In this document: positions 46,179 to 55,786 of the stretch, one piece after another
How positions within the stretch are numbered: position 1 is the first letter of the stretch
Layout: each line of letters opens with the position of its first letter
Origin: Thermoanaerobaculia bacterium
Lineage (GTDB): Bacteria > Acidobacteriota > Thermoanaerobaculia > Multivoradales > UBA5704
Direction: 5' to 3'
DNA length: 64,000 bases
Assembly (NCBI GenBank): GCA_036402955.1
Contig: DASWRX010000197.1
Span: 472 to 64,471, forward strand
Program-made: the position numbers and the translations under genes
The notes under the pieces: model-generated
What the model saw: only the letters and a program-made list of their open reading frames with translations
Told to the model about the DNA's origin: nothing
Database searches by the model: none

Positions 46179-49031
46179 ATGTCCAACTCCAAGCAGCCCG
46201 CCATCCAGGTCGAGCGCGCCCGCACGCACAACCTGAAGGGGATCTATTGCGAGGTACCGCACCAGGCGGTCACCGTGGTGACCGGCCCTTCGGGCGCCGG
46301 CAAGTCGTCGCTCGCCTTCGACACCATCTTCGCCGAGGGGCAGCGGCGGTTCGTCGAGTCGATGTCCACCTATGCCCGGCAGTTCCTCGACCAGATGGAG
46401 CGCCCGCCGGTGGACGCCATCCACAACATCCTGCCGGCGGTGGCTCTCGAGGCCAAGAACGCCGTCCGCAACGCCCGCTCGACCGTGGGCACGATCACCG
46501 AGGCGCTCGACGTGATGCGCCTCCTCTTCACCCACCTGGGCGAGGTGCGGTGCGTGAACGGGCACGGCCCCGTCCGGAGCTACAGCCCGGAGGACGCGGC
46601 GGCGGATCTCGCTGCCGGCGCGGCCGGCGACTCGTTCACCCTGGTCGCCCGCCTGCCGCGGCCGAAGAAGGGGGCGGACGACGCCCTCGCCGAGCTGATC
46701 CGCCAGGGGTTCCAGCGCCGTCTGGACGGTGAGGAGATCGCGCGCATGGAGCCGGGCGAGAAGTGGCCCGCCAGGCGCGATCCCCTGCCGCTCGTCCTCG
46801 GCCGCTTCTCGGCGAGGGCGGCGACCGAGGCGCGCGTCCTCGACACGCTGGAGCAGGCCTACCGGCTGACCGGCGGCCGGGTGGAGGTCCGCGGTCCCGC
46901 CGGGGTGCGCCTCTATAGCCGCGAGCTCTCCTGCCCGGTCTGCGGCGAGACGGCGAGACGGCCCACGCCCGCCCTGTTCTCGTTCAACTCCCCCCTCGGC
47001 GCCTGCCCGGAGTGCCAGGGGTTCGGCCGGGTGATCGGCGTCGACCGCGAGCGGGTGATCCCGGATCCCCGGCGCACGCTCTCCGAGCGCCCCATCGCGC
47101 CGTGGAACACCCCGGCCTACGAGGAGCTCTACGACGAGCTCCTCGCCGCCTGCCGCAAGCGGAAGATCCCGCTCGACGTGCCGTGGGCGGAGCTGCCGGA
47201 GAAGGACCGGGAGTGGATCTGGAGCGGCGCCAACAACCCTGCCAGCCTCGACGACTTCTTCGCCTGGCTCGAGCAGCGCACCTACAAGGTCCACGTGCGC
47301 GTGCTGCTCGCCCGCTACCGCTCCTACAACACCTGCCCGGAGTGCCTCGGCACGCGGCTGCGGCCGGAGGCCGTCGCCGTGCTGCTGGAGGGGAGGACGC
47401 TGCCGGAGCTGGCCGCGATGAGCGTCGAGCAGCTCCGCGCCTGGCTGGGCGAGCGGCGGTGGACGCCCCGGCAGCGCGAGGTGGCCGGACACCTGCTCGA
47501 CGAGCTGGCCGAGCGGATCGAGGTGCTGCACCGGGTGGGGCTCGACTATCTGACCCTCGACCGGCAGGCGCGCACGCTCTCGGGCGGCGAGACGCAGCGC
47601 ATCCACCTCGCCGCCGCTCTCGGCTCCGGCCTCACCAGCACCCTCTACGTGCTCGACGAGCCGACGATCGGCCTCCATCCGCAGGACAGCGAGCGCCTCC
47701 TCTCCCTGCTGCGCGACCTCGCGGCGCGGGGGAACACGGTGCTGGTGGTCGAGCACGACCGGACCCTGATCCGCGGCGCCGACCACGTGATCGACCTCGG
47801 GCCCGCCGCCGGCGAGCGGGGGGGACAGGTGGTGGCCGAGGGGCCGATCGAGGCGATCCTGGCGAACGAGGACTCGCTCACCGGCCGCTACCTGCGCGAG
47901 CGCCCGCCCACCCAGGCCCGCCGGCACATGGCCCGCTTCCGCCGCGAGCAGGGTTGGGACACCCTCTCCGAGGAGCTCTCCGCCCTCCCCCGCGTCGCGG
48001 TGCGCGGCGCCCGCGCCCACAATCTCAAGAACGTGGACGTGGACTTCCCGCTCGGAGCCATGGTCGCGGTGACCGGCGTCTCCGGCTCCGGTAAATCGAC
48101 CCTGATCGAGAACGTGGTCTACGGCACCTACCAGCGCTCGCGCGGGGTGGTGAACGTCGATCCCGGGGAGTGCGACAGCCTCACGGGGCTCGAGGGTCTG
48201 GAGGACGTGACGCTGGTCGATCAGCGGCCGCTCGGGCGGTCGAGCCGCTCCAACCCGATCACCTACATCAAGACCTACGACGAGATCCGCAAGCTCTTCG
48301 CCGCCACCGCCGACGCCAGGGCGCGGGGGATCACGGCGGCGAACTTCTCCTTCAACGTCGACAAGGGGCGCTGCCCGGCGTGCGAGGGGACCGGCGTCAC
48401 CGAGGTGGACATGCAGTTCATGGCCCCGGTGACGGTGGTCTGCGAGACCTGCCAGGGGCACCGCTTCCGGCCGGAGGTGCTCGCCGTCCGGTATTACGGT
48501 CAGGACGACCAGGGCAAGCACAACCGCGGCAGGAACATCTCCGAGGTGCTGGACCTGACGGTGGAGGACGCCATCGGGTTCTTCGCCGACCAGAAGCGGC
48601 TGGTCCGGCGCCTGCGCGTCCTGCTGGACGTCGGGCTCGGCTACCTGCGGCTCGGCCAGTCCACCTCGACGCTCTCGGGCGGCGAGGCCCAGCGCCTGAA
48701 GCTCGCGAGCTTCCTCGACCGCCCCGCCTCCGAGGGGAGGCGGCTCTTCCTCTTCGACGAGCCGACGACCGGCCTCCACCTCGCCGACATCGACCTGCTC
48801 TACCACACCCTCCGGCGGCTGGTGCAGCGGGGGGACGGCGTGGTCGTCGTCGAGCACAGCCCCGACCTGATCTCCCGCGCCGACTGGATCATCGACCTCG
48901 GCCCCGGCGGCGGGGTCCACGGCGGCGAGATCCTCTACTCCGGGCCGCTCGAGGGATTCCTGGACCGCGGGGACGGACCCACGGCGGAGGAGCTGAGGCG
49001 TCACCTGCACTGGCAAGACGAGGCGGCCTGA
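46179..49031 (+). CDS. uvrA: UvrA-family excinuclease ABC subunit A (somewhat divergent)
   Basis: [31 protein letters not shown], Zn modules CPVCG...[17 protein letters not shown] and CPACEGTG...CETCQG, and two LSGGExQR signatures. Start at ATG 46179. Confidence 0.85.
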   Translation: MSNSKQPAIQVERARTHNLKGIYCEVPHQAVTVVTGPSGAGKSSLAFDTIFAEGQRRFVESMSTYARQFLDQMERPPVDAIHNILPAVALEAKNAVRNARSTVGTITEALDVMRLLFTHLGEVRCVNGHGPVRSYSPEDAAADLAAGAAGDSFTLVARLPRPKKGADDALAELIRQGFQRRLDGEEIARMEPGEKWPARRDPLPLVLGRFSARAATEARVLDTLEQAYRLTGGRVEVRGPAGVRLYSRELSCPVCGETARRPTPALFSFNSPLGACPECQGFGRVIGVDRERVIPDPRRTLSERPIAPWNTPAYEELYDELLAACRKRKIPLDVPWAELPEKDREWIWSGANNPASLDDFFAWLEQRTYKVHVRVLLARYRSYNTCPECLGTRLRPEAVAVLLEGRTLPELAAMSVEQLRAWLGERRWTPRQREVAGHLLDELAERIEVLHRVGLDYLTLDRQARTLSGGETQRIHLAAALGSGLTSTLYVLDEPTIGLHPQDSERLLSLLRDLAARGNTVLVVEHDRTLIRGADHVIDLGPAAGERGGQVVAEGPIEAILANEDSLTGRYLRERPPTQARRHMARFRREQGWDTLSEELSALPRVAVRGARAHNLKNVDVDFPLGAMVAVTGVSGSGKSTLIENVVYGTYQRSRGVVNVDPGECDSLTGLEGLEDVTLVDQRPLGRSSRSNPITYIKTYDEIRKLFAATADARARGITAANFSFNVDKGRCPACEGTGVTEVDMQFMAPVTVVCETCQGHRFRPEVLAVRYYGQDDQGKHNRGRNISEVLDLTVEDAIGFFADQKRLVRRLRVLLDVGLGYLRLGQSTSTLSGGEAQRLKLASFLDRPASEGRRLFLFDEPTTGLHLADIDLLYHTLRRLVQRGDGVVVVEHSPDLISRADWIIDLGPGGGVHGGEILYSGPLEGFLDRGDGPTAEELRRHLHWQDEAA

Positions 49032-49121
49032 TGGGGATTTTTCCAGGCGGGCCGTCTGTTCTGCGGGAGGAACCCGAAGTTGCGGCAAGCGGCACGACGC
49101 CGCTAGGATGAGCGCTCGACC

Positions 49122-50144
49122 ATGGAATCGACCCAGACCCCCACGGCTCGGCTGCAGATGGACGCGTTGGCGCGGTCTCCGCGGCCGATCCTGTGGTGGA
49201 TCGGCACGTTCGCCGGCGCCTTCCTGGCCTGCGTGCTGCTCTTCGCGGTGTGGGCCAAGGCGCTCGATCCGTCGGCGTTCGCGGACGAGATCCGCACCGA
49301 GGGGCTGGACTTCCTGCTCCCAGCCCACGCCGTTGCCCTGCTCGCCCTGGCGCTCGAAGCCGGGCTGGGGCTCGCCCTGCTCCTCGGCCTGCGCCGCAAG
49401 TGGGTGCTCGTCCCCGCGACCCTCCTCGTCGCCTTCTTCGTCTTCCTCAACGGCCGCTCCTGGTGGCTCGCGGCGCACGGCCTGCGCGACGCCGCCGCCT
49501 CCTGTGGCTGCTTCGGCAATCTCGTCCAGCGGACGCCCGGCCAGGCCTTCTGGCAGGATCTCCTGCTGTTGGTGCCGGCGCTGCTCCTCGCCTGGGTGGG
49601 ACGCGAGCGCCGCGCGCCGCTCTTCCCGCCGCTCCGCACCGCCGTGGCCGTCCTCGGCGCGCTGGCGGTCGTGATCTTCGCCTGGCAGGCCCCTGGGCTG
49701 CCGCTCGACGATCTGGCCACGCGCCTGCGCCCCGGCGTCAAGGTCGGCGAGATCTGCGCCGGCGAGGGCGGCCAGCGGGTCTGCCTCGACTCGCTCATCC
49801 CCGAGCTCCGGCGGGGCGAGAGCCTGGTCGTGATGGCCAAGCTCGACGACGCCGCGCTGACCAAGGCGATCGATCCGCTCAATGCCTTCGCCGGCGGCGC
49901 GGGCAACCCGACGCTCTGGCTGCTCACCGCCGCGACCGCCGCGGAGCAGCGGGCCTTCTTCTGGAAGTGGGGCCCGTCGTTCCAGATCCGCGAGGCGCCG
50001 CCCGAGCTGCTGCGCCCGCTCTACCGCCGCCTGCCCCGCTCCTTCAAGGTGAGGGACGGGCGGGTGACCCGCACGTTCGGAGGGTTGCCGCCCCTCTCCA
50101 AGGCGGCGAGCTCCCCTGACCATCCCAAGAGGTCCTCGACATGA
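49122..50144 (+). CDS. MauE/DoxX-like membrane protein with a C-terminal soluble domain
   Basis: Four hydrophobic helices and a CGCFG motif. ATGA overlap with the downstream thioredoxin-like gene. Confidence 0.6.
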   Translation: MESTQTPTARLQMDALARSPRPILWWIGTFAGAFLACVLLFAVWAKALDPSAFADEIRTEGLDFLLPAHAVALLALALEAGLGLALLLGLRRKWVLVPATLLVAFFVFLNGRSWWLAAHGLRDAAASCGCFGNLVQRTPGQAFWQDLLLLVPALLLAWVGRERRAPLFPPLRTAVAVLGALAVVIFAWQAPGLPLDDLATRLRPGVKVGEICAGEGGQRVCLDSLIPELRRGESLVVMAKLDDAALTKAIDPLNAFAGGAGNPTLWLLTAATAAEQRAFFWKWGPSFQIREAPPELLRPLYRRLPRSFKVRDGRVTRTFGGLPPLSKAASSPDHPKRSST

Positions 50145-50983
50145 CGCAGAACCGATCCGCAACCCTCGCCGCGCTGGCGGTCCTCGCGCTGGCGCTGCTG
50201 GCCGCGCCAGCCGCCTCGCGCGCCCAGGGCGTCCCCTCCGACAGCACGCTCCGGGGCTTCGAGCCGACGGGCGAGTACATGCTCGTCGTCAACGGCAAAC
50301 CGGCCCCCGCCGAGATCTTCCAGAACGACAAGCTCCCGGCCTTCCTGATCCTCTCCTCGGCGCTCCCCGCGCCCGTGATGCTGACGCCGCGGACCGGCAG
50401 CGTCGAGACGGTCAATCTGATGAAGGTGGCCAAGCAGAAGGACGGCTCGGTGGATCTGCTGGCCGACGCCGTGCTGGCGCCGATGGGGCAGTTCCAGATG
50501 GACGGCGAGAACGTCGCGTTCACCGTCGACGGGAAGAAGCTGAGCCTCAATCCCAAGCCGGCCCTGACCGGAACGCGCAAGGGAGCGGATCTCCTGGCGA
50601 ACCTTCCCGAGTACGTGCGCGGCTCGCGGGCCTACGCCCCCAACGCGCCGGCGATCGCCGCCCTGAACCGCGACGCCAAGCCGGTGGTGGTGCACGTCGT
50701 GTTCGGCTCCTGGTGCCCGCACTGCCGGCAGCACGTGCCGATGCTCCTGCGGGTCGAGAACCAGGTCAAGAACCCGAAGATCAGGTTCGAGTACTACGGC
50801 ATCCCGCGGCCCCCGGACGGCTGGAAGGACCCCGAGGTCAAGCGGCTGGGCGTCAAGGCCATCCCGACGGCGATCGTCTATGTGAACGGCGTCGAGGCGG
50901 GCCGCATCGAGGGCCAGGCGTGGACCGCGCCCGAGGTGGAGCTCAACAAGATCGTCAACGGTCCCGCGGCGAAGGGGAAGTAA
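50141..50983 (+). CDS. Secreted thioredoxin-fold (TlpA-like) protein
   Basis: Signal peptide (LAALAVLALALLAAPAASRAQG). WCPHC active site in VVHVVFGSWCPHCRQHVP. Confidence 0.75.
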   Translation: MTQNRSATLAALAVLALALLAAPAASRAQGVPSDSTLRGFEPTGEYMLVVNGKPAPAEIFQNDKLPAFLILSSALPAPVMLTPRTGSVETVNLMKVAKQKDGSVDLLADAVLAPMGQFQMDGENVAFTVDGKKLSLNPKPALTGTRKGADLLANLPEYVRGSRAYAPNAPAIAALNRDAKPVVVHVVFGSWCPHCRQHVPMLLRVENQVKNPKIRFEYYGIPRPPDGWKDPEVKRLGVKAIPTAIVYVNGVEAGRIEGQAWTAPEVELNKIVNGPAAKGK

Positions 50984-52313
50984 GGGCCTCCAGGGGATCG
51001 ATCCCGCCGTTGTGCCAGGTGGCGTCCGGCGACTGGAGCTCGCCGGGAGGCGCGCAGCGGGAGACGCCCAGCTCGGCCAGCCGGGGCTCCAGCGCCCAGG
51101 CCTCCTCCCCCGCCAGGGCGGCCCCCTGGAGACGGCCGCGCCAGGGGGCGAGGAGGTCCGGCAGGCGCGACAGATCCTGCAGCGGATGGACCCGCACCGT
51201 CCGCAGCCCCGGCGACGGCCGGAGCTCCGGATCGGGATCGACGATCACCGTCCCCTCCTGCAGCGGCAGCGCGGACTGCCAGAGGCCGTGCATCTCGGCT
51301 TCGAGGCGCAGGTGCTGGACCGCCGCCGAGAGGGATCGCTCCCGCGGCCCCGGAGGCCAGCGCTGCGCGATGTCGGACAGCTCGCTGGCGAGACGCTCGG
51401 CCAGCTCTCTCGCATCCCCCGCCGTATAGACCGCCACCACCGAGAGACACCCCCGCTGATCGAAGAGCGCCACGTCGCGCGCCAGCCCTTCCGCCGCCTT
51501 GCGAGGGTCCGCCGCGGCGCCGACGATCCCGAGGCTGGCCCGGGGTCCGTAGCCGACCACCCGGCCGGGCGCGCGCCCTTCGAGATCGTCCAGCGCCGCC
51601 CGATCGCCGTAGGCCAGCACCGTCCCCACCCCCGCCAGCACCGGCGCCTCCAGCTTCCTGTCGCCGCCCGGCCAGGTCGCGGCGGCGAGCGCGCCGGCCA
51701 GGCGCGGCTCCCTCCGGGCCAGGGCGGTCAGGAAGGCGGGAGCGAAGAGCGGCTCGGCGGACGGGGATTTGAGCAGCACGGGCCGCCGCGCCAGCAGGGC
51801 CGGCAGCAGGGGCTGGACGGCGAGCCCCGGCAGGTTCGAGGCGAGGATCGCCAGCACCGGTCCCGCATCGGCGGGCGCCGGACGGGCGCGGGCCAGGAGC
51901 GCCGCCGCCGGTTCCCGCCGAGCTCCGCCGAGCACCGCTTCGAGCCCGGCCCGGAGCCCGTCGCGGGAGAGGCCGCAGAGACGGGCGAGCGGCGGATCGA
52001 GCGCCCGCCGTTCGAGCGACCCGGTGCGCAGGAACGTCGCCACGGTGTCCCCCCAGGCGGCGAGCAGATCGTCGTCCGGGATCTCCCGCAACGCCTCCGT
52101 CCCCTCATGCAATGCCGCCACCACCCGGCCCAGCGCGTCGGGCGTCCACCGGGCCGCGTGGTAGCGGATCCCCGGGTGGTCGACGGCACGGAAGACGGGC
52201 TCCCGGGAGTGCGCCAGGGAGGCGGGAAGGTAGGCGTCGCGGAGCATGGTGAACAGGAGCCGATGCAGTCGCTGAATCAGCTCGCGCCGACTGACCGGAG
52301 CGAGCCGCGTCAT
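50955..52313 (-). CDS. LuxC-like acyl-CoA reductase (aldehyde-dehydrogenase superfamily)
   Basis: 452 aa. ILASNLPGLAVQPLLPALLARRPVLLKSPS ... FDQRGCLS (catalytic Cys context), as in the LuxC family. Confidence 0.65.
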   Translation of the reverse strand: MTRLAPVSRRELIQRLHRLLFTMLRDAYLPASLAHSREPVFRAVDHPGIRYHAARWTPDALGRVVAALHEGTEALREIPDDDLLAAWGDTVATFLRTGSLERRALDPPLARLCGLSRDGLRAGLEAVLGGARREPAAALLARARPAPADAGPVLAILASNLPGLAVQPLLPALLARRPVLLKSPSAEPLFAPAFLTALARREPRLAGALAAATWPGGDRKLEAPVLAGVGTVLAYGDRAALDDLEGRAPGRVVGYGPRASLGIVGAAADPRKAAEGLARDVALFDQRGCLSVVAVYTAGDARELAERLASELSDIAQRWPPGPRERSLSAAVQHLRLEAEMHGLWQSALPLQEGTVIVDPDPELRPSPGLRTVRVHPLQDLSRLPDLLAPWRGRLQGAALAGEEAWALEPRLAELGVSRCAPPGELQSPDATWHNGGIDPLEALTSPSPRDR

Positions 52314-52552
52314 GCCGGCCGGGGCAACTCGATGGCGACCTCACCCATCGGGGGAATGGGTTCACCTCGGTAGATGCTGAAGAAGACCCAATCCTCGAGC
52401 GCCTGCATCAGCTTGCGGCGGCATTCCTCCAGAGTTCTCCCAGCCGCCCAGACCCCCTGAACGCCGGGGATCTCGCCGTAGTAGGGCTCCTCATCCTCGA
52501 TCTTCTCGTACGTCGCACGCTCAAGGGCAGCGCTCAAGTAGTCGAGCAACAT
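52310..52552 (-). CDS. HicB-like (UPF0150) small protein
   Basis: 80 aa. YEKIEDEEPYYGEIPGVQGVWAAGRTLEECRRKLMQALEDWV is typical of the HicB-type antitoxin fold. ATGA overlap with the luxC-like start. Confidence 0.65.
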   Translation of the reverse strand: MLLDYLSAALERATYEKIEDEEPYYGEIPGVQGVWAAGRTLEECRRKLMQALEDWVFFSIYRGEPIPPMGEVAIELPRPA

Positions 52553-52590
52553 GCACAGCCTCTCCTTCCACCCATGACTGTAGCACCGGC

Positions 52591-53649
52591 CTAGGTTCCC
52601 CGCAGCTCCTCCACCACCAGCGAGCACCCCCGCAGCTCGGCTCCGGCGGCGCGGCCGAGGAGACGGAAACCACGCCCATCCGCGACGCCCAGGTCCTCGG
52701 TCAGCAGGTGGACCGCCGAGCCCAGGTTGGCGAGGTCGAAGACGCAGACCAGGCCGGGCGTGCCGGCGGGGACCTCCTCCAGCGTCTCGGGATCGAGGAT
52801 GCGGACCCGCAGCCAGTGGGGGGTGAGGAAGATGTCGGGATCCTCGCCCAGCAGAGCGCCGGTGTAGCACTGGCTGGTCAGCTCCGTCATGCCGTACTCG
52901 CGGACCACGGACCCGGCCGGCACGCCGGCCCAGGCCTGCAGGCGGGCGAGGAGGTCTTCCCTGGTAATTTCGGTCGTCCGTCCCTTGAAGCCGCCGGTCT
53001 CGAAGACGGCGCTGCCCGCCGGCAGGCGGAACTTGAGGCCCAGCCGCTCCAGCCCCTCCAGCCACTGGGCCAGGGCGAAGGCGGTGGCGAGCACCAGGAC
53101 GGGCTTCCCCTCGCGCTGCCGCGCTCCCGCCCAGGAGCGCGCCTTCGCCGCCTCGACGCCGCGGGGACCGAAGGCGGTGACGCTCTCCGTGCCGCCGTAG
53201 CGGGCGAGGATGTGGTCGGCCATGAACGAGAGGCTCGAATCCGGGAGCTGCTCAGCCGCGGGGATCAGGGAGAGGATCGGCAACCTCCCGCCAGGACCGG
53301 CGTACGGCAGACAGAAACTAGGAAAGGAAGCGTCGATCACCCGGCGGTAGAGCTCCGGGAACGGCTGGTGATGGACGCTCCGCCGCTCCTCGCCGGCGGT
53401 CGTGCCGCTGCTGCGGAAGACCGTCGCGGCGGGCTCCGCGGCCAGGGTCAGCCTCTTGAACGCGGTGGTGGGAACGGGGGGCACCCGCCGCCAGTCGGTC
53501 ACGGTGCGGGGGCTCACGCCCCGCCGCTCGCACAGATGGCGGAAGGGCTCGATGCGCTCGAACTGCCAGGCGAAGGCGGCGAGCGCCAGCTCCTCGAACG
53601 AGCCGGCTTCGGGGGAGGTCAGGAATCGGGTGACGCGGTCGACGATCAC
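52591..53649 (-). CDS. LuxE-like acyl-protein synthetase (adenylate-forming)
   Basis: FEELALAAFAWQFERIEPFRHLC, FRSSGTT, FETGGFKGR, REYGMTE. Start taken at GTG 53649 (VIVDRV); an alternative ATG at 53730 shares a CCATGG with the divergent ORF. Confidence 0.7.
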   Translation of the reverse strand: MIVDRVTRFLTSPEAGSFEELALAAFAWQFERIEPFRHLCERRGVSPRTVTDWRRVPPVPTTAFKRLTLAAEPAATVFRSSGTTAGEERRSVHHQPFPELYRRVIDASFPSFCLPYAGPGGRLPILSLIPAAEQLPDSSLSFMADHILARYGGTESVTAFGPRGVEAAKARSWAGARQREGKPVLVLATAFALAQWLEGLERLGLKFRLPAGSAVFETGGFKGRTTEITREDLLARLQAWAGVPAGSVVREYGMTELTSQCYTGALLGEDPDIFLTPHWLRVRILDPETLEEVPAGTPGLVCVFDLANLGSAVHLLTEDLGVADGRGFRLLGRAAGAELRGCSLVVEELRGT

Positions 53650-53728
53650 GGGCGGGATTTTGTCACGGTTCCAGCAGCGAGACCCACCCTGCTTTCTGGT
53701 AAGGTACCAGCATCTGAAGCCGTCGACC

Positions 53729-54001
53729 ATGGCCGATTTCCACCAGATTCCCAAGAGTCCGGGGACGCCGGAGTCCGCCGGGTCCGTCACGGCGCTCATC
53801 GCGACGCTGGCGATCGAGATCGACTCGCTGTTCTCGCGTTTCCACCTGAGCGAGGAGGAGGCCGAGGATCTCCTGCGCGAGACCCTGCTGCTCGCCATCT
53901 ACCGGTGGGATACCATCGACAGCCGGGAGATCTGGCTGCTCTCGACCCTCCGCCGGGCCTGCCTGAGACGGCTGCGGCGGCGCTCCCCTTCTTCTTCCTG
54001 A
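53729..54001 (+). CDS. Sigma-70 region-2-only mini protein
   Basis: 90 aa with GC3-rich codons. EEEAEDLLRETLLLAIYRWDTIDSREIWLLSTLRRACLRRLRRR matches the ECF region 2.1-2.4 pattern. No region 4. Confidence 0.45.
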   Translation: MADFHQIPKSPGTPESAGSVTALIATLAIEIDSLFSRFHLSEEEAEDLLRETLLLAIYRWDTIDSREIWLLSTLRRACLRRLRRRSPSSS

Positions 54002-54048
54002 GCCCGAGCGCCGCAGGATTTTCCCTCCGCGAGGGTTGCAACGACGAG

Positions 54049-54669
54049 GTGGCGACCGATTCCTTGCCGGCAACGGCCGTCGATCCGGGGTGGGAGGCGC
54101 TCGCGCGGGTGGCCGCGGGGGACGCCGAGGCGTTCTCGGCGCTCGTCGAAAGTCACCAGGAGCGGCTGCTCCGGCTCTGCGAGCGCCTGCTGGGAGACCC
54201 CGAGGAGGCGCGCGACGCCGCCCAGGAGGTCTTCCTCAAGGCCTTCCGCAAGGCCGGCGACGTGCGTCCGCAGGGCCAGGTCTACACCTGGCTCTACCGC
54301 ATCGGGGTCAACCACTGCCTGAACAAGCTCCGGCGCCGCAAGCTGGTGCGCTTCCTGCGCTGGGAGGACCCGGGAGAGCGGGACGCTCCCGCCTTCGATC
54401 CCCCGGACGCGGCCGCCGATCCCGCCGCCGCGCTGGAGAGCCGCCGCCGCTGGCAGGCGACCCGGCGGGCCCTCGCCGGGCTGCCGGAGAACCAGCGGGC
54501 GGTGGTCGTGCTGGTCCGTTTCGAGGGTCTGTCCTATAAACAGGCGGCGGAGGTCCTGGGAATCACCGACGGCGCGGTCGAGAGCCGGCTCGTCCGCGCG
54601 ATGCGGCGCCTGGAAGCGGCGCAGGAAGCGGCGGCGCCGGGGGTTTCACCGGAAGAGAGGAAACGATGA
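54049..54669 (+). CDS. ECF (group 4) RNA polymerase sigma factor
   Basis: Region 2 (ARDAAQEVFLKAF...YTWLYRIGVNHCLNKLRRR) and region 4 (LPENQRAVVVLVRFEGLSYKQAAEVLGITDGAVESRLVRA). GTG start is provisional. Confidence 0.88.
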   Translation: MATDSLPATAVDPGWEALARVAAGDAEAFSALVESHQERLLRLCERLLGDPEEARDAAQEVFLKAFRKAGDVRPQGQVYTWLYRIGVNHCLNKLRRRKLVRFLRWEDPGERDAPAFDPPDAAADPAAALESRRRWQATRRALAGLPENQRAVVVLVRFEGLSYKQAAEVLGITDGAVESRLVRAMRRLEAAQEAAAPGVSPEERKR

Positions 54670-55139
54670 CACGCGGTACCGAAAACGACCTGATCCGCCT
54701 GCTCCACGGCGAGTTGCCGCCCGGCCCCGCCCGCGAGCTGCGCGAGCGGATGCTGCGCGAGCCCGCGCTGGCCGCGGCCTACCAGCGGCTCGAGCGCACC
54801 TGGAACGGGCTCTCTCTGCCGCCGGCGGCGCCAGCGCCGCCCGGGTTCGCCGGCAGGATTATGTCCCTGACAAGGGCGCACGCGCGCGGCCTGCCGGCGC
54901 CGGGCGGGGTCTCGTGGGCCGCCGCTCCCCGCTGGGTGCGCGCCGCCGCCGCCGCCGCGCTGATCGCGGGCGCCGCGGCCGGCATCGGCGTCGGCCGGAG
55001 CTGGCCGGCGGCCGAGCCGGTTCCGGAATCCTCCTCGCTGGGAGGTCCCGAGTTCAACCTTGCCGAGAGCTACTGGGACGGGGTGGAGGACGCCGTATCG
55101 CCGTCCGCGTCCGCCGCGGGCGCGGAGATCCGGCGATGA
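54666..55139 (+). CDS. Putative anti-sigma factor (single TM)
   Basis: ATGA overlap with the sigma gene. LLHGELPP at the N-terminus. TM helix AAAAALIAGAAAGIGVG. Confidence 0.6.
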   Translation: MTRGTENDLIRLLHGELPPGPARELRERMLREPALAAAYQRLERTWNGLSLPPAAPAPPGFAGRIMSLTRAHARGLPAPGGVSWAAAPRWVRAAAAAALIAGAAAGIGVGRSWPAAEPVPESSSLGGPEFNLAESYWDGVEDAVSPSASAAGAEIRR

Positions 55140-55777
55140 GCCGCTGGTGGCTGATCATCGCCCTGCTGCTCTCGGTGGGGCTCAACGTCGGGATCCTGGC
55201 GGCGATCGGCGCGCGGCGGGCCGCGGCGCCCCCCGGTCCCCAGGGGGCGCGTCCCCAGCAGCAGGCGGGGAATCCCGGGAACGGCGATCCCGTCCCACGG
55301 CTGGCCCGGCTCGCCGACCGCCTCAAGCTCGAGGGGGATCAGCGCCGCAAGTTCCTCGACATCCAGTGGAACCTCTATCAGGAGACCACCCGTCTGCGGC
55401 TGGACCTCGCGGAGATCCACCGGGCGCTGCGGCGGGAGCTGACCCGCCCCGATCCGGACCGGCAGCGGGTGGAGGGGCTGCTGAACGAGTCGTCGCGGCT
55501 TTATCTCGCCCTGGAGCGGTCGCTCGTCAACAACGTCTTCGCGACGCGCGACCTGCTCGGCCCGGAGAAGGAGACGGAGTATCTGAAGATCGTCGGCCGT
55601 CTCCGCGTGCCGAACCCCGGGCCGGGCCTCGCGAATCCCACCGCGGAGTCCCCTCAGCAGAGGCCGGGCGGCTTCCTGGAGCGCATGCGGCAGAGACGGC
55701 TGCGGCAGCAGCAGCGGAGGGGGCAGGGACAGCCGCCGAATCAGGAGCAGGATCAGGGACCGAACGGTCCGCCCTGA
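55136..55777 (+). CDS. Periplasmic CpxP/Spy-like (heavy-metal-sensor family) protein
   Basis: ATGA overlap with the anti-sigma gene. TM or signal segment WWLIIALLLSVGLNVGILAAI. Helical LxxxQ-type repeats (LKLEGDQRRKFLDIQ...). Confidence 0.55.
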   Translation: MSRWWLIIALLLSVGLNVGILAAIGARRAAAPPGPQGARPQQQAGNPGNGDPVPRLARLADRLKLEGDQRRKFLDIQWNLYQETTRLRLDLAEIHRALRRELTRPDPDRQRVEGLLNESSRLYLALERSLVNNVFATRDLLGPEKETEYLKIVGRLRVPNPGPGLANPTAESPQQRPGGFLERMRQRRLRQQQRRGQGQPPNQEQDQGPNGPP

Positions 55778-55786
55778 ACGTTCCGG

